The notes: a model not told the origin generated them from the sequence alone. A DNA stretch of 64,000 bases from an uncultured bacterium (GCA_964436955.1 CAYTFC010000005.1:1799-65798), one strand, 5' to 3'. Positions 45,610 through 55,550 are shown, counted from the first letter of the stretch. Made by a program: numbers and translations.

Positions 45610-47022
45610 ATGAAGCTATTGGTTATCGGAACAGGTTATGTCGGGTTAGTCACCGGAACCTGCTTTGCAGAAATGGGACATCATGTCGTTTGTTTAGATA
45701 TTGATGCCGAGAAAATTGGCAAGCTACTCAAAGGCGAAATGCCCATCTATGAACCGGGTCTCCAAGAAATGGTACTACGAAATGTCAAGGAAGGTCGTCT
45801 CCGTTTCACCACTAAATATACCGAAGCCGTCCGCGATGCTCAGATCTGCTTTATCGCTGTTGATACTCCCCAAAGTCCTAACGGTGAAGCTGATCTATCT
45901 AAAGTCCGCAATGTAGCACGCGCCATCGCAACTGAAATGCCCGACTATCGTCTGATCGTCATCAAATCCACAGTACCTGTAGGAACAGCGGCAGAAGTCT
46001 CCAAAATTGTTCAAAAAACTCTAGATGAACGCGGAGTTACCTTCGAGTTCGACGTGGTCTCCAACCCCGAATTCCTCAAGGAAGGCGACGCAATCAACGA
46101 CTGCATGAAGCCCGATCGCGTGATCATTGGCGCTCCGAATAAGCGGGCGGAGGACCTTGTTAAAGAAATTTACACAGCTTTTACTTTAAGCCATGACCGT
46201 ATCCTTACAATGGATGTTCCCTCCGCTGAGCTAACCAAATATGCCGCCAATAGTATGCTAGCATTGCGCATCTCCTTTATGAATGAACTAGCAGGATTAT
46301 GCGAACTCGTTGATGCCGATATTAACCACGTGCGTAAAGGAATCGGATCGGATAACCGCATAGGCTTTAAATTCCTTTATGCTGGTGTAGGCTTTGGTGG
46401 AGCCTGCTTCCCAAAAGATATTCGAGCCCTACAAGCGCAAGCGCGCAACCTTAACTATACTACACCCATTCTAGGTGCGGTTGAAACCGTTAACATGCGT
46501 CAAAAGCAAGTACTCGGTCGAAAAATCGCCAGCTACTTCTCCAATCGCGGTGGCTTAGAAGGCAAAACCATTGGGATTCTTGGGTTAGCCTTTAAACCCA
46601 ATACCGATGATGTTCGTGAGGCTCCCGCTCGCGTTCTTGTAGAACAACTTTTGGAAGCTGGCGCCAAAGTCCGTTTATATGATCCTGTAGCCAGACAAAC
46701 CGCCCAAAAAAGCTTTCCGCAAGATCCACATATTTATTGGGCTAAAGATGAACTTGATGCCGCCACAGGCGCCGATGCGCTAGCCCTAGTCACTGAATGG
46801 CGCCAATTCCGTTTCCTCGATTTTCGAGCGATCAAAGATGTGATGTGTGGACATGCCTTCTTCGATGGACGCAACCAATACAATGCTCGAGAAATGCTAC
46901 AAAGAGGTTTTGACTATTTTTGTATCGGCCAGAAAGGCCAAGTGCAAGGACAAGAAAAGTCCCAAGCTCCAGGCACTACAAAGGCCAACGAAGACTCCAC
47001 AGCACCAGCTAAGAGGTCATAA
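45610..47022 (+). CDS. ugd: UDP-glucose 6-dehydrogenase
   Basis: MKLLVIGTGYVGLVTG NAD loop and the catalytic-Cys motif GFGGACFPKD. The ATG at 45610 follows a GGAGGAG RBS. A low-complexity C-terminal tail of about 30 aa is present. Confidence 0.9.
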   Translation: MKLLVIGTGYVGLVTGTCFAEMGHHVVCLDIDAEKIGKLLKGEMPIYEPGLQEMVLRNVKEGRLRFTTKYTEAVRDAQICFIAVDTPQSPNGEADLSKVRNVARAIATEMPDYRLIVIKSTVPVGTAAEVSKIVQKTLDERGVTFEFDVVSNPEFLKEGDAINDCMKPDRVIIGAPNKRAEDLVKEIYTAFTLSHDRILTMDVPSAELTKYAANSMLALRISFMNELAGLCELVDADINHVRKGIGSDNRIGFKFLYAGVGFGGACFPKDIRALQAQARNLNYTTPILGAVETVNMRQKQVLGRKIASYFSNRGGLEGKTIGILGLAFKPNTDDVREAPARVLVEQLLEAGAKVRLYDPVARQTAQKSFPQDPHIYWAKDELDAATGADALALVTEWRQFRFLDFRAIKDVMCGHAFFDGRNQYNAREMLQRGFDYFCIGQKGQVQGQEKSQAPGTTKANEDSTAPAKRS

Positions 47023-47028
47023 AGAATC

Positions 47029-47901
47029 TTGCTCACGCTAATAAAAGAAAAGACCGCCATCATCGATACACGCCTCAATCAACTCGTCGCGGAAATCGAT
47101 GCGCCCTATCGTATTCTTTTTCAAGCGGCACGTTATGCGCTTTTTGGCGGTGGAAAACGGTTACGCCCGCTCCTTACGCTAGCCACAACAGAGGCTTTAG
47201 GCGTATCCAGTGAATTCTCATTAGATCCTGCCTGCGCCCTAGAGCTCATCCACACGTACTCATTGATCCATGACGACCTTCCTTGCATGGATGACGATGA
47301 TTTTCGTCGCGGACGCCCTACTGTTCATCGAGTTTATCCCGAAGGTCACGCCGTATTAGCCGGAGACTTCTTATTGACATATGCCTTTGAAGTCATTGCT
47401 AATGCTCCTGGCCTATCTGCTGAGCAGCGCGTGAACCTTATAAAAACCATCTCTAAAGCTTCCGGAGCACAGGGAATGGTTGGCGGTCAAGTCATGGACC
47501 TTGAAGCAGAAGATAAGCGCATCAATTTGGATACTTTAGCTATAATTCATCGCTGCAAAACCGGAGCATTAATCACCGCAGCCTTTGAAATCGGTGGTAT
47601 TGTGGCCAATGCTAGCGACCAATTAATGAAAGACCTTGTGAGTATCGGTAAAAATCTCGGACAGGCGTTTCAAATCATCGACGACGTTCTAGATGTCACT
47701 GCCAGCGAAGCCAAACATGGCAAAATAAGTTCTGATGTTACTAACTCTAAAGCAACTTACGTGACGCTGATGGGAATCGAAGAATCTGAAAAAGAGGCCC
47801 AAACCCTGCTTCACAAAGCCCTTAACCTCATCAACAGCCTGCCAGGTGATATAGAAGTATTACGCAGTCTCGCCACCAGGCTAGTGGACCGCAAAAGCTA
47901 A
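47029..47901 (+). CDS. Polyprenyl (farnesyl/geranylgeranyl) diphosphate synthase
   Basis: First Asp-rich motif LIHDDLPCMDDDDFRRG and second motif FQIIDDVLD. TTG start as given in the ORF track. Confidence 0.88.
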   Translation: MLTLIKEKTAIIDTRLNQLVAEIDAPYRILFQAARYALFGGGKRLRPLLTLATTEALGVSSEFSLDPACALELIHTYSLIHDDLPCMDDDDFRRGRPTVHRVYPEGHAVLAGDFLLTYAFEVIANAPGLSAEQRVNLIKTISKASGAQGMVGGQVMDLEAEDKRINLDTLAIIHRCKTGALITAAFEIGGIVANASDQLMKDLVSIGKNLGQAFQIIDDVLDVTASEAKHGKISSDVTNSKATYVTLMGIEESEKEAQTLLHKALNLINSLPGDIEVLRSLATRLVDRKS

Positions 47902-47970
47902 TACACGATTTTCTTTGCTCTCGATCTCTATTTTTGGGTATAAGCTCAAGAAAAAGAAGGAAAAATCTGC

Positions 47971-48642
47971 ATGGATGGACTTGGCAATAATACTCTTGCA
48001 CTGCCTTCCAAAATAAAAACTAAAATCAAGCAGCTTAGACTAAAACGGCTTTTTGACATTGGCTTTAGTCTCGCAGTGCTTGCTTTAGGGTGGCCTATAT
48101 TTGCCTGTATCGCCCTCGCCATTAAATATTGCTCTAAAGGAGATATCATTTACTCACAAGACCGAGTCGGCCGCGGTGGCAAGCTGTTCCCCTGCTACAA
48201 GTTTCGAACGATGTACCCAAATGCAGATGAAATGCTTGATGAGCTTTTAAAGCAAAATCCCGAACTAAAAAGCGAATGGAAACAACGGCGCAAACTCGCT
48301 CATGATCCTCGTATCCTACCCATTGGACGGTGGCTGCGTCGTTCCTCACTTGATGAGCTGCCTCAATTTTTGAACGTGCTTAAAGGAGACATGAGCGTCG
48401 TTGGTCCACGACCCATTACAGCGGAAGAAGTCCTAACCTTTTATGGAGTCAAAGCCCATAAAATTCTAAGTATGCGCCCAGGAATTACTGGTATATGGCA
48501 AACCAGCGATCGTGGAATTGGCACATACCAAGATCGCGTTCGCATGGATGAAACCTACGTAGATACACAGAACATCTTCTTAGATATCAAGCTTGTCTTT
48601 CAAACCATCATTGCCATGATTCGTCCCCGATCCGCATGTTAA
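47971..48642 (+). CDS. Small monotopic phosphoglycosyl (sugar) transferase, PglC/WbaP C-terminal-domain type
   Basis: RLFDIGFSLAVLAL re-entrant helix, YKFRTM, SLDELPQFLNVLKGDMSVVGPRP, and PGITGIWQ. Confidence 0.85.
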   Translation: MDGLGNNTLALPSKIKTKIKQLRLKRLFDIGFSLAVLALGWPIFACIALAIKYCSKGDIIYSQDRVGRGGKLFPCYKFRTMYPNADEMLDELLKQNPELKSEWKQRRKLAHDPRILPIGRWLRRSSLDELPQFLNVLKGDMSVVGPRPITAEEVLTFYGVKAHKILSMRPGITGIWQTSDRGIGTYQDRVRMDETYVDTQNIFLDIKLVFQTIIAMIRPRSAC

Positions 48643-49166
48643 GAGACGATAAAAAACTTATCCTTCTGGCGTTTCTATTTGCTCTAGTGCCCACATTGCT
48701 GAGTCCTGTGCTGACGCCCTGGCTGCGGATCAACTATTTCGCGCCTTTTCTTACACTCATGTTTTACAAGCGCCCCCTCCAAAGCTGCCTTTGGTATGCT
48801 TTTGGATGCGGATTTATCCTCGATTTGCTGACCGCCCGCTTACGATTAGGCTTATATATCGTTAATTACTGCCTCACAATTGGACTGTTGTATGGACAAA
48901 AACGCCACTTCTTTGAAGATAAACTTTCCACTTTACCAATCATGACAGCTCTTTTTTCTATTCTATCGACAGTGATACAAATCGTTTTGCTAAAAATCGC
49001 CGGCACCACATTAGAACTATCTTGGGCTTGGTTGGGAACAGATTTGGTATTGTTTCCCTTGGCCGATGCGGCCTATGCACTCGTTTGGTTTGCCATACCG
49101 GCGTATCTACTGCGCCGACGTCCGCAGAACCGCGACAATACCCTTTCCCTCAGAACTGGGATCTAG
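48636..49166 (+). CDS. Polytopic membrane protein, possibly MreD-like
   Basis: 176 aa with about 5 TM segments. AFGCGFILDLLTARLRLGLY resembles the MreD G-x-x-x-D...LG motif. Overlaps the upstream gene by 7 nt. Confidence 0.35.
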   Translation: MLRDDKKLILLAFLFALVPTLLSPVLTPWLRINYFAPFLTLMFYKRPLQSCLWYAFGCGFILDLLTARLRLGLYIVNYCLTIGLLYGQKRHFFEDKLSTLPIMTALFSILSTVIQIVLLKIAGTTLELSWAWLGTDLVLFPLADAAYALVWFAIPAYLLRRRPQNRDNTLSLRTGI

Positions 49167-49185
49167 AACCAGGACGGCCTTTGTT

Positions 49186-49256
49186 AATGCCGCTTCGGCG
49201 AAGCGGCGCTACAACGTGTAATAAAACATGTGACGCCACTTCGCCGAAATGGCAGC
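49186..49256. repeat. Family A REP-like element, full double-hairpin copy (A4)
   Basis: aatGCCGCTTCGGCGAAGCGGCgctacaacgtgtaataaaacatgtgacGCCACTTCGCCGAAATGGCagcc. It has two 7-8 bp GC hairpins, and the whole element is an imperfect palindrome. Confidence 0.88.
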
Positions 49257-49301
49257 CCTAATATTTTTCATTATTTCGTCCTTTACTGTATAGTCGTTAG
49301 C

Positions 49302-50561
49302 ATGAATGCACCCCTTTCAGAACGCCAACGCCCTTCCTCACTAGATGCAATAGTGGGACAAGATCACCTTTTAAGCGATCACGGTTTCATCACGCGCATC
49401 ATTCAATCTGAAAAACCCCAATCCATCATTCTGTGGGGTCCTCCTGGCTGTGGCAAAACGTCCATTGCTCGTCTATATGCCCAAGCCTTTGCCTATCGTT
49501 TTTTTACGCTTAGCGCAGTTTTCAGCGGCATTGCAGACCTTCGCAATATCATCAAAGATGCCCAGTCAACACCTCTACTGCATAAGGGAGCCTTGGTTTT
49601 TGTCGATGAAATTCACCGCTTTAATAAAACCCAACAGGAAGCTTTTCTTCCGTTTGTAGAGGATGGCACCGTTGTTTTAGTCGGAGCTACAGCAGAAAAT
49701 CCATCGTTTCACCTAAGTAATGCTTTGCTCTCACGCGTTCGCGTTCTCACGCTTAATCCCCTTGATGAAAAGGCTCTTGCTACACTCTTAGAACGTTATG
49801 AAGCACGTATTGGGCCTTTACCTCTAGATGTGGATGCTCGCAATCAGCTGATACATATGGCCCAAGGAGATGGCCGGTACCTATTTAATATGATTCAAAG
49901 CCTGGAAAGTCACAAACCTCAGCAACCGCTGAATGCGCAAGAGTTAGCCGAATGCGTGCAGCAACGTGCCGCCCTTTACGATCGAGCGGGCGAGCAGCAC
50001 TATAACCTAATCTCCGCCATGCACAAAGCCGTCCGTGGGTCGGACCCCGATGCAGCCCTATACTGGATGTGCCGTATGCTAGAAGGCGGTGAAGCGCCCC
50101 TATTTATAGCCCGTCGCCTCATACGCATGGCCGCAGAAGACATTGGATTGGCTGATCCACAGGCCTTACCTTTGGCAATTGCCGCACGCGACAGCTACGA
50201 AATGCTAGGCAGTCCAGAAGGAGAACTCGCATTAGCTCAGGTCACCATCTACCTCGCCCTCGCCCCCAAAAGCAATCGATCCTATGTGGCCTATGGAGCT
50301 GCCCGCGCACTTGCAGCAGAAACAAATCATCTTTCGCCACCCAAACATATTCTCAATGCTCCAACGAAACTCATGAAACAGGAAGGATATGGAAAGGGGT
50401 ACCAGTATGATCCTGATACCCCTCATGGCTTTTCTGGCCAAAATTACTTTCCGGACGAACTCGCCAGGCAAAAATTCTACGAACCCGTCGAACTCGGATT
50501 CGAACGAGAAATGAAGAAACGCTTAGACTATTTCAGTCATCTGCGACAAAAACTGAATTAA
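49302..50561 (+). CDS. rarA: Replication-associated recombination protein A (RarA/MgsA AAA+ ATPase)
   Basis: [14 protein letters not shown], Walker [10 protein letters not shown], Walker [12 protein letters not shown], and the C-terminal [30 protein letters not shown]. The ATG at 49302 is preferred because the track extension covers repeat A4. Confidence 0.92.
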   Translation: MNAPLSERQRPSSLDAIVGQDHLLSDHGFITRIIQSEKPQSIILWGPPGCGKTSIARLYAQAFAYRFFTLSAVFSGIADLRNIIKDAQSTPLLHKGALVFVDEIHRFNKTQQEAFLPFVEDGTVVLVGATAENPSFHLSNALLSRVRVLTLNPLDEKALATLLERYEARIGPLPLDVDARNQLIHMAQGDGRYLFNMIQSLESHKPQQPLNAQELAECVQQRAALYDRAGEQHYNLISAMHKAVRGSDPDAALYWMCRMLEGGEAPLFIARRLIRMAAEDIGLADPQALPLAIAARDSYEMLGSPEGELALAQVTIYLALAPKSNRSYVAYGAARALAAETNHLSPPKHILNAPTKLMKQEGYGKGYQYDPDTPHGFSGQNYFPDELARQKFYEPVELGFEREMKKRLDYFSHLRQKLN

Positions 50562-51474
50562 CTTTGCTGATCCGGCTTCTAACTTCATCCACAAAAGGAA
50601 CCATGGAATCGTCGAATACGCTGTTATATATTTGACGCAAGGATGCAATCTCATGTGGGGAATAGTTTGTGCCCCATATTACTCGTCTCGGAAGCTTTCT
50701 CTCTCTAAAATACTTCTCATCACGCCACCAGTAATGGTTGATTCGAATATCTTGAGTTGGTGGAACATGCTTAATTGTATGTGAGAAACGAACATGATTA
50801 GCAAAAACTGTCATATCTGGATGCATAATGCAATCGTGAATCCCTGCGCGGACAACGTACTGAGGCCTTACTATAGACTTTACAAAATTATGACCACCAT
50901 ACTCATCCGGTGCTCTATAAACAAAACGATCTATTTGTAAATCCGAGTCACTGATTTCTTCAATCCCTGAAGATCCATAAAGCACCCAATTTACTGCTAA
51001 AGACGTAGCGTACATATACGAATCAAGAAACTTAGCTAAGTCACGATGATGTGGCATACAAATAAACTCATCGCTGTCTATAATCGCTAGCCACTCATTG
51101 CAGTGTGCAGCCAAAGTAACGGCATGATTATAGACTAGTTCTTGTAATGTATTGTGTTCACCCACATTAGAGGACTCCTTGCAAACATGAAAAAGGTCCA
51201 CATCACCCTTGGCAACATAGGGTTTTAAAACGTCCCAAAAGTCATCTGTACTCGCGTTGTCATAGAGATAAAAATGACCGACGCCAATGCTCTTGTGATA
51301 CTCTAGCCATTCTTGAAGATAACGACCGTCATTTTGAAACATCATACAAGCAGCCACATGCGATGGTTTCCGCATCTGATGATTAAATTCGTTAGGCACG
51401 ATGGGTTGCCCGGCAACTTCAGTGAACATCGTGACTATTACAACGAGCAGATACAACATTTTCAATGCTCCCAT
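50533..51474 (-). CDS. Glycosyltransferase family 92 (DUF23)-like protein
   Basis: EWLEYHKSIGVGHFYLYDNASTDD and LAIIDSDEFI (DxD-type) fit the GT92 / GT-A pattern. N-terminal signal or anchor LYLLVVIVTMF. Confidence 0.6.
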   Translation of the reverse strand: MGALKMLYLLVVIVTMFTEVAGQPIVPNEFNHQMRKPSHVAACMMFQNDGRYLQEWLEYHKSIGVGHFYLYDNASTDDFWDVLKPYVAKGDVDLFHVCKESSNVGEHNTLQELVYNHAVTLAAHCNEWLAIIDSDEFICMPHHRDLAKFLDSYMYATSLAVNWVLYGSSGIEEISDSDLQIDRFVYRAPDEYGGHNFVKSIVRPQYVVRAGIHDCIMHPDMTVFANHVRFSHTIKHVPPTQDIRINHYWWRDEKYFRERKLPRRVIWGTNYSPHEIASLRQIYNSVFDDSMVPFVDEVRSRISKVNSVFVADD

Positions 51475-51531
51475 AGTCCAATCTTTCGAATTTTATGGAA
51501 AAGTCTAACTTAACAAAATATTTTAACCAAT

Positions 51532-51560
51532 AAAAAAAGGTATCAGTTTGACCTGATACC
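51532..51560 (-). terminator. Rho-independent terminator after the 159-aa secreted-protein gene
   Basis: The minus strand reads ggtatcag gtcaaa ctgatacc followed by ttttttt. Confidence 0.75.
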
Positions 51561-51592
51561 CTCGTGTGAAACACCTAGACCGTTTAAACAAA

Positions 51593-52072
51593 CTACTTTG
51601 CAGTTCCTGTGCAAGCCTCTAACGCACTTTCACGTTTTGCGCTGATCTGATTAAACATCTCCACGCCAACCTGTGCGTCAGTAATATAAGCCTTCATGAC
51701 ATCCATAAAAACGTCTCGTTTTACATCTTCTACGTTGTCAGTATTATAAACTTCACTTAATGGATCATTTGTGGCCACAGGCTCTTCATCTTCTTGATAT
51801 TCTTCTAAGAATTTATCCGTAATAGTAGTTGCAGCTTGATCCAATTTCCCATTAATTTCTTTTATCTGACTGGAAGCAATGCCCTTTTTGGTTAGGACCT
51901 GCTCCACTATAAGATCGGGAAAAGGATCTTGCCTTAGCTTGTCACAGTCTGCTTGCTTTTGATTTGCCAAGTTACTGTCATCTGGCATTGTATTTTGATT
52001 GGCGCCGAATAGCGCCAGCGATGCGACCAGACCCATGGTGACCAATAAGCCGGACATTAATGTCCTACCCAT
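51593..52072 (-). CDS. Hypothetical secreted acidic protein
   Basis: 159 aa with signal peptide MSGLLVTMGLVASLALFGA, followed by its own terminator. No recognisable domain. Confidence 0.55.
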   Translation of the reverse strand: MGRTLMSGLLVTMGLVASLALFGANQNTMPDDSNLANQKQADCDKLRQDPFPDLIVEQVLTKKGIASSQIKEINGKLDQAATTITDKFLEEYQEDEEPVATNDPLSEVYNTDNVEDVKRDVFMDVMKAYITDAQVGVEMFNQISAKRESALEACTGTAK

Positions 52073-52191
52073 AACGCCTCCTTAGTTCTTGGACCCGCGT
52101 ACCCTTAAGGTGCCGCGTGCACTATGCAAATTCCAGGCCAATTTGAATGCTCAGGGAACTCTGTTCCACTTCCAACTTTCACTATATGCCA

Positions 52192-52233
52192 ACCCTGATT
52201 TTTGACGAGAAGTTTTGGTAGCAATCAGGGTCT
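52192..52233. repeat. Family C miniature copy (C2)
   Basis: accctgatt tttgacgagaagtttt ggtagcaatcagggtct. The right end is identical to the C1 terminus ggtagcaatcagggtct. Confidence 0.65.
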
Positions 52234-52254
52234 CAGATGCGGTAAACTAACAAC

Positions 52255-53121
52255 ATGATTATTAACGGCACCGCAATCGCTTCCCAAATTCATCTCGAAC
52301 TAGCTCAACGCATCAAAGAGCTGGTGCCGAAAATTCCGCGCCTAACAGCAGTTCTAGTTGGAGACAATCCCGCCTCTCATCTCTATGTGTCTGCTAAAGT
52401 ACGTGCCTGTGAAAAAATTGGGATGGCGTCAGATAAAATCCTTTTACCCGCCACAACGACTGAAGCTGAGCTATTAGAAACAATTAAAAGGCTAAATCAA
52501 GACGAAAACGTCACCGGCATTTTAGTTCAACTACCTTTACCACAACACATTGACTCTCTTCTGATTGCAAGTCAAATTGCCCCTCATAAAGATGTCGATG
52601 GAGTCACTCCTATCAGCCATGGCAAACTAGTAATGGGTGACACTAGCGGCTTTGTGCCATGCACCCCTTTGGGCATTCAAGTTTTGCTGCAACGTCATGA
52701 CATTCCGATTGAAGGACGCCATGTGGTGATTGCAGGACGCAGCAATATTGTCGGTAAACCACTCGCATGCCTGCTCATGCAAAAGGGACCGCAAGCCAAC
52801 GCTACTGTTACGCTGGTGCATAGCCGCACGCCGGACATAGCTAGTTTTTCGCGACAGGCTGATATTTTAGTGGCTGCGATTGGAAGCCCTCACTTCTTCA
52901 CTGCGGATATGATTAAAGAAGGCGCTGTCATCATCGACGTCGGGCAAAACCGCATTGATGATCCCTCATCTTCGAAAGGCTCTCGACTCGTCGGCGATGT
53001 TGCCTATGAAGATGTTAAAGAAAAATGCTCATGGATTACTCCCGTTCCGGGCGGCGTTGGCCCGATGACAATTGCAATGTTGTTAAGCAACACACTTAAA
53101 GCCCTAGAACTATGTCGCTAG
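52255..53121 (+). CDS. folD: Bifunctional methylenetetrahydrofolate dehydrogenase / methenyl-THF cyclohydrolase
   Basis: LVGDNPASHLYV, GILVQLPLPQHI, GRSNIVGKP, and PVPGGVGPMT. Confidence 0.93.
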   Translation: MIINGTAIASQIHLELAQRIKELVPKIPRLTAVLVGDNPASHLYVSAKVRACEKIGMASDKILLPATTTEAELLETIKRLNQDENVTGILVQLPLPQHIDSLLIASQIAPHKDVDGVTPISHGKLVMGDTSGFVPCTPLGIQVLLQRHDIPIEGRHVVIAGRSNIVGKPLACLLMQKGPQANATVTLVHSRTPDIASFSRQADILVAAIGSPHFFTADMIKEGAVIIDVGQNRIDDPSSSKGSRLVGDVAYEDVKEKCSWITPVPGGVGPMTIAMLLSNTLKALELCR

Positions 53122-54089
53122 TACGTTCTTGGGTAGCACTTCTACTGCTTGTGGTAGGATGGCTCACTGTTCAGTACTTCCAATCCAATGCCACATCACA
53201 ACCCACCGAACTCACCGGCATGGCAATGACAATGCCATATCGTATTGTCTTTGGACACCCCCTCAGTCAAGAACAGCAGCAGAAAGCTCTAGCCACCATA
53301 ACAAACACATTCGACGAAGTGAACTCTCACTACAACCAATTTAATCCCGATTCCGAGGTTTCACATCTAAACAAGCTTCAAGCTAATGTGTGGATGCCTC
53401 TATCGCCTCAAATGCAAGCTTTTCTATTCCTCGTAGATCGATTGGTTGCATTGACAGAAGGCCGTTTTGATCCCACCGTGGAGCCCCTTAAAAAATTGTG
53501 GATGCCCTATCTAATCAAAGGAACATCTCCCTCAGAAAACGAAGTAGCCACCATAAAAGATCTGATCGGCTGGCATCATATACATCTCAGCAACGGTCAA
53601 TTTTATAAGGATCACGATGACGTCCTCATGAATTTCGATGCTGTAGCAAAAGGATTTGCGGTCGATTTATTGGTTCACAACCTCGTTAAAGAAGGGTTTT
53701 CGTCAATTTTGGTAGAGTGGGGCGGCGAAATAAAAACCGCTGGAAGGCATCCTGAAGGGCGCCTTTGGAAGGTACATATCCAAGGCCTAGAAGGCGTTGA
53801 ACTAGACGGCACAGCCTTGGCAACGAGTGGAGACTACTACCAGAAGTGGAATGTTATTTCTGATGGACAGGCAGTCACCTATTCACATATTTTTGATCCG
53901 CGCACGACAAAACCAATTGAGGTGAAGGACGATTCCATTACTAGCGCTAGTGTAAGCTGCTCAAGTTGCGCAGCAGCAGATGCTATAGCAACGGCCTTAA
54001 TGGTGTTTGATAACATTCAGCAAGCTCAAGCATGGGCAGAAGAGATCCAGCAAAGCTATCCCTCCATTTCCTTTTGGCTAGCCAAGTAG
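53112..54089 (+). CDS. apbE: FAD:protein FMN transferase (ApbE family)
   Basis: MAMTMPYRIV, FDPTV, AKGFAVD, ATSGDYYQ, and SHIFDPRT. Overlaps the folD stop. Confidence 0.85.
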   Translation: MSLVRSWVALLLLVVGWLTVQYFQSNATSQPTELTGMAMTMPYRIVFGHPLSQEQQQKALATITNTFDEVNSHYNQFNPDSEVSHLNKLQANVWMPLSPQMQAFLFLVDRLVALTEGRFDPTVEPLKKLWMPYLIKGTSPSENEVATIKDLIGWHHIHLSNGQFYKDHDDVLMNFDAVAKGFAVDLLVHNLVKEGFSSILVEWGGEIKTAGRHPEGRLWKVHIQGLEGVELDGTALATSGDYYQKWNVISDGQAVTYSHIFDPRTTKPIEVKDDSITSASVSCSSCAAADAIATALMVFDNIQQAQAWAEEIQQSYPSISFWLAK

Positions 54090-54101
54090 CTGGCTTAGGA
54101 A

Positions 54102-54187
54102 GGGACCAAAAGGACATTAGCGACAAATGATGTATACTTGCCCCCATTGTCTAGACAATGGGGGCAAGTATAGGTCTTTTTGGTCCC
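54102..54187. repeat. Family D double palindrome (D1); terminator-like structure between apbE and tyrS
   Basis: The outer arms gggaccaaaaggac / gtctttttggtccc match at 13 of 14 positions. They enclose a perfect 40-bp palindrome tatacttgcccccattgtc|tagacaatgggggcaagtata (54133-54172). Confidence 0.85.
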
Positions 54188-54275
54188 TGTCGCATTAGTC
54201 AACTCTATGTCTGACCCTTGACAGAAAAGCACTTACATTTTATACGTCTGAGTTTATTTTCACAAAGGCCACACT

Positions 54276-55550
54276 ATGCGTAATATCATCGACGTGCTTG
54301 AAGAACGCGGTTTTATCGATGCCATGACCAGCGAAGAAATCCGTCAGCGCGCAAATAAACCCCTCCGCGTCTATTGCGGCTTCGACCCCACCTCCGACAG
54401 CCTGCACATCGGCAATCTTGTAGGCATCATGGGCCTAGCATGGTTCCAGCGCTTTGGCCACACCCCAGTAGCCATTGTAGGTGGTGCCACAGGTCTTATC
54501 GGAGACCCATCCGGCAAAAGCCACGAACGCCCTATACTCGATGAAAACGCGCTAAAGGCAAATATCGTTGGTATTCAAAAGAACTTGGAATCCATTCTGA
54601 ACTTTCAATCTTCCGTCAACCCAGCCCTCCTCCTCAACAACTATGACTGGTACCACAACTTTTCTGCGATCCGGTTTTTAAGCGAAATTGGACGTCTCTT
54701 TCGCGTTGGCCCCATGCTCGCCAAAGATTCCGTAAAAACCCGCCTACAGTCCGATGAAGGCCTTAGCTATACCGAATTTAGTTACCAGGTGCTGCAAGGA
54801 TATGACTTCCTACACCTTCTGCAAAACCACGACGTCGAAGTGCAAATTGGAGGTAGCGACCAATGGGGCAATATCACTGCCGGAACCGACATCATTCGTA
54901 AAGTCGCTGGTAAGCAATGCTATGGCGTGACGTTTCCTCTGCTGACTACCAGCGATGGCAAGAAATTTGGTAAATCTGAAAAAGGAGCCATTTGGCTGTC
55001 CCCAGAACGCCTGTCACCATATGAGTTCTATCAATACCTTTTCCGTACAGCAGATGCCGACGTCGTTCGTCTAATGTGCATGCTGACATTCATGGAAATG
55101 ACCGAAATACGTTCTATTGAAACAAGCATGACCCAACCCGGCTACATCGCCAATACGGCTCAAGCACGGCTTGCTGAAGAAGTAACGCGTATCGTTCATG
55201 GCCAAAAAGGGCTCGAAATAGCCCTTATGGTCACGCAAGGGATTAAACCTGGCTCTGATACAGCCCTTAACGCCGCAACACTTGAAGCGCTGGCCACTGA
55301 TATGCCAAGCAAAACAGTCCTTCGTAGTGATGTTGTAGACGTCAAATTGCTTGATTTGCTGGTCCATACAGGTCTACAAACCAGTAAAAGTCAAGCTAGA
55401 CGCCTCATTGAAAGCGGTGGAGCGTACCTCAATAATACGAAAATCGACAATATCGACTATACCGTTAGCGAAGAGCAGCTTATCGAAGGCAAGTTATTGC
55501 TCTTGGCAGTCGGTAAAAAGAATAAATTGCTCGTACGCATCGAGAGTTAA
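54276..55550 (+). CDS. tyrS: Tyrosine--tRNA ligase
   Basis: HIGH-type motif SLHIGNLV, KMSKS-type motif KKFGKS, and a C-terminal S4 domain (SKSQARRLIESGGAYLNN). Confidence 0.93.
   Translation: MRNIIDVLEERGFIDAMTSEEIRQRANKPLRVYCGFDPTSDSLHIGNLVGIMGLAWFQRFGHTPVAIVGGATGLIGDPSGKSHERPILDENALKANIVGIQKNLESILNFQSSVNPALLLNNYDWYHNFSAIRFLSEIGRLFRVGPMLAKDSVKTRLQSDEGLSYTEFSYQVLQGYDFLHLLQNHDVEVQIGGSDQWGNITAGTDIIRKVAGKQCYGVTFPLLTTSDGKKFGKSEKGAIWLSPERLSPYEFYQYLFRTADADVVRLMCMLTFMEMTEIRSIETSMTQPGYIANTAQARLAEEVTRIVHGQKGLEIALMVTQGIKPGSDTALNAATLEALATDMPSKTVLRSDVVDVKLLDLLVHTGLQTSKSQARRLIESGGAYLNNTKIDNIDYTVSEEQLIEGKLLLLAVGKKNKLLVRIES

Noticed and set aside
49230-49301. N-terminal extension of rarA, and the similar extension of the hypothetical gene at 24472-24597
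   Set aside because: Both extensions run through REP elements (A4 and B1). Conserved N-termini start at internal ATGs (49302 and 24471).
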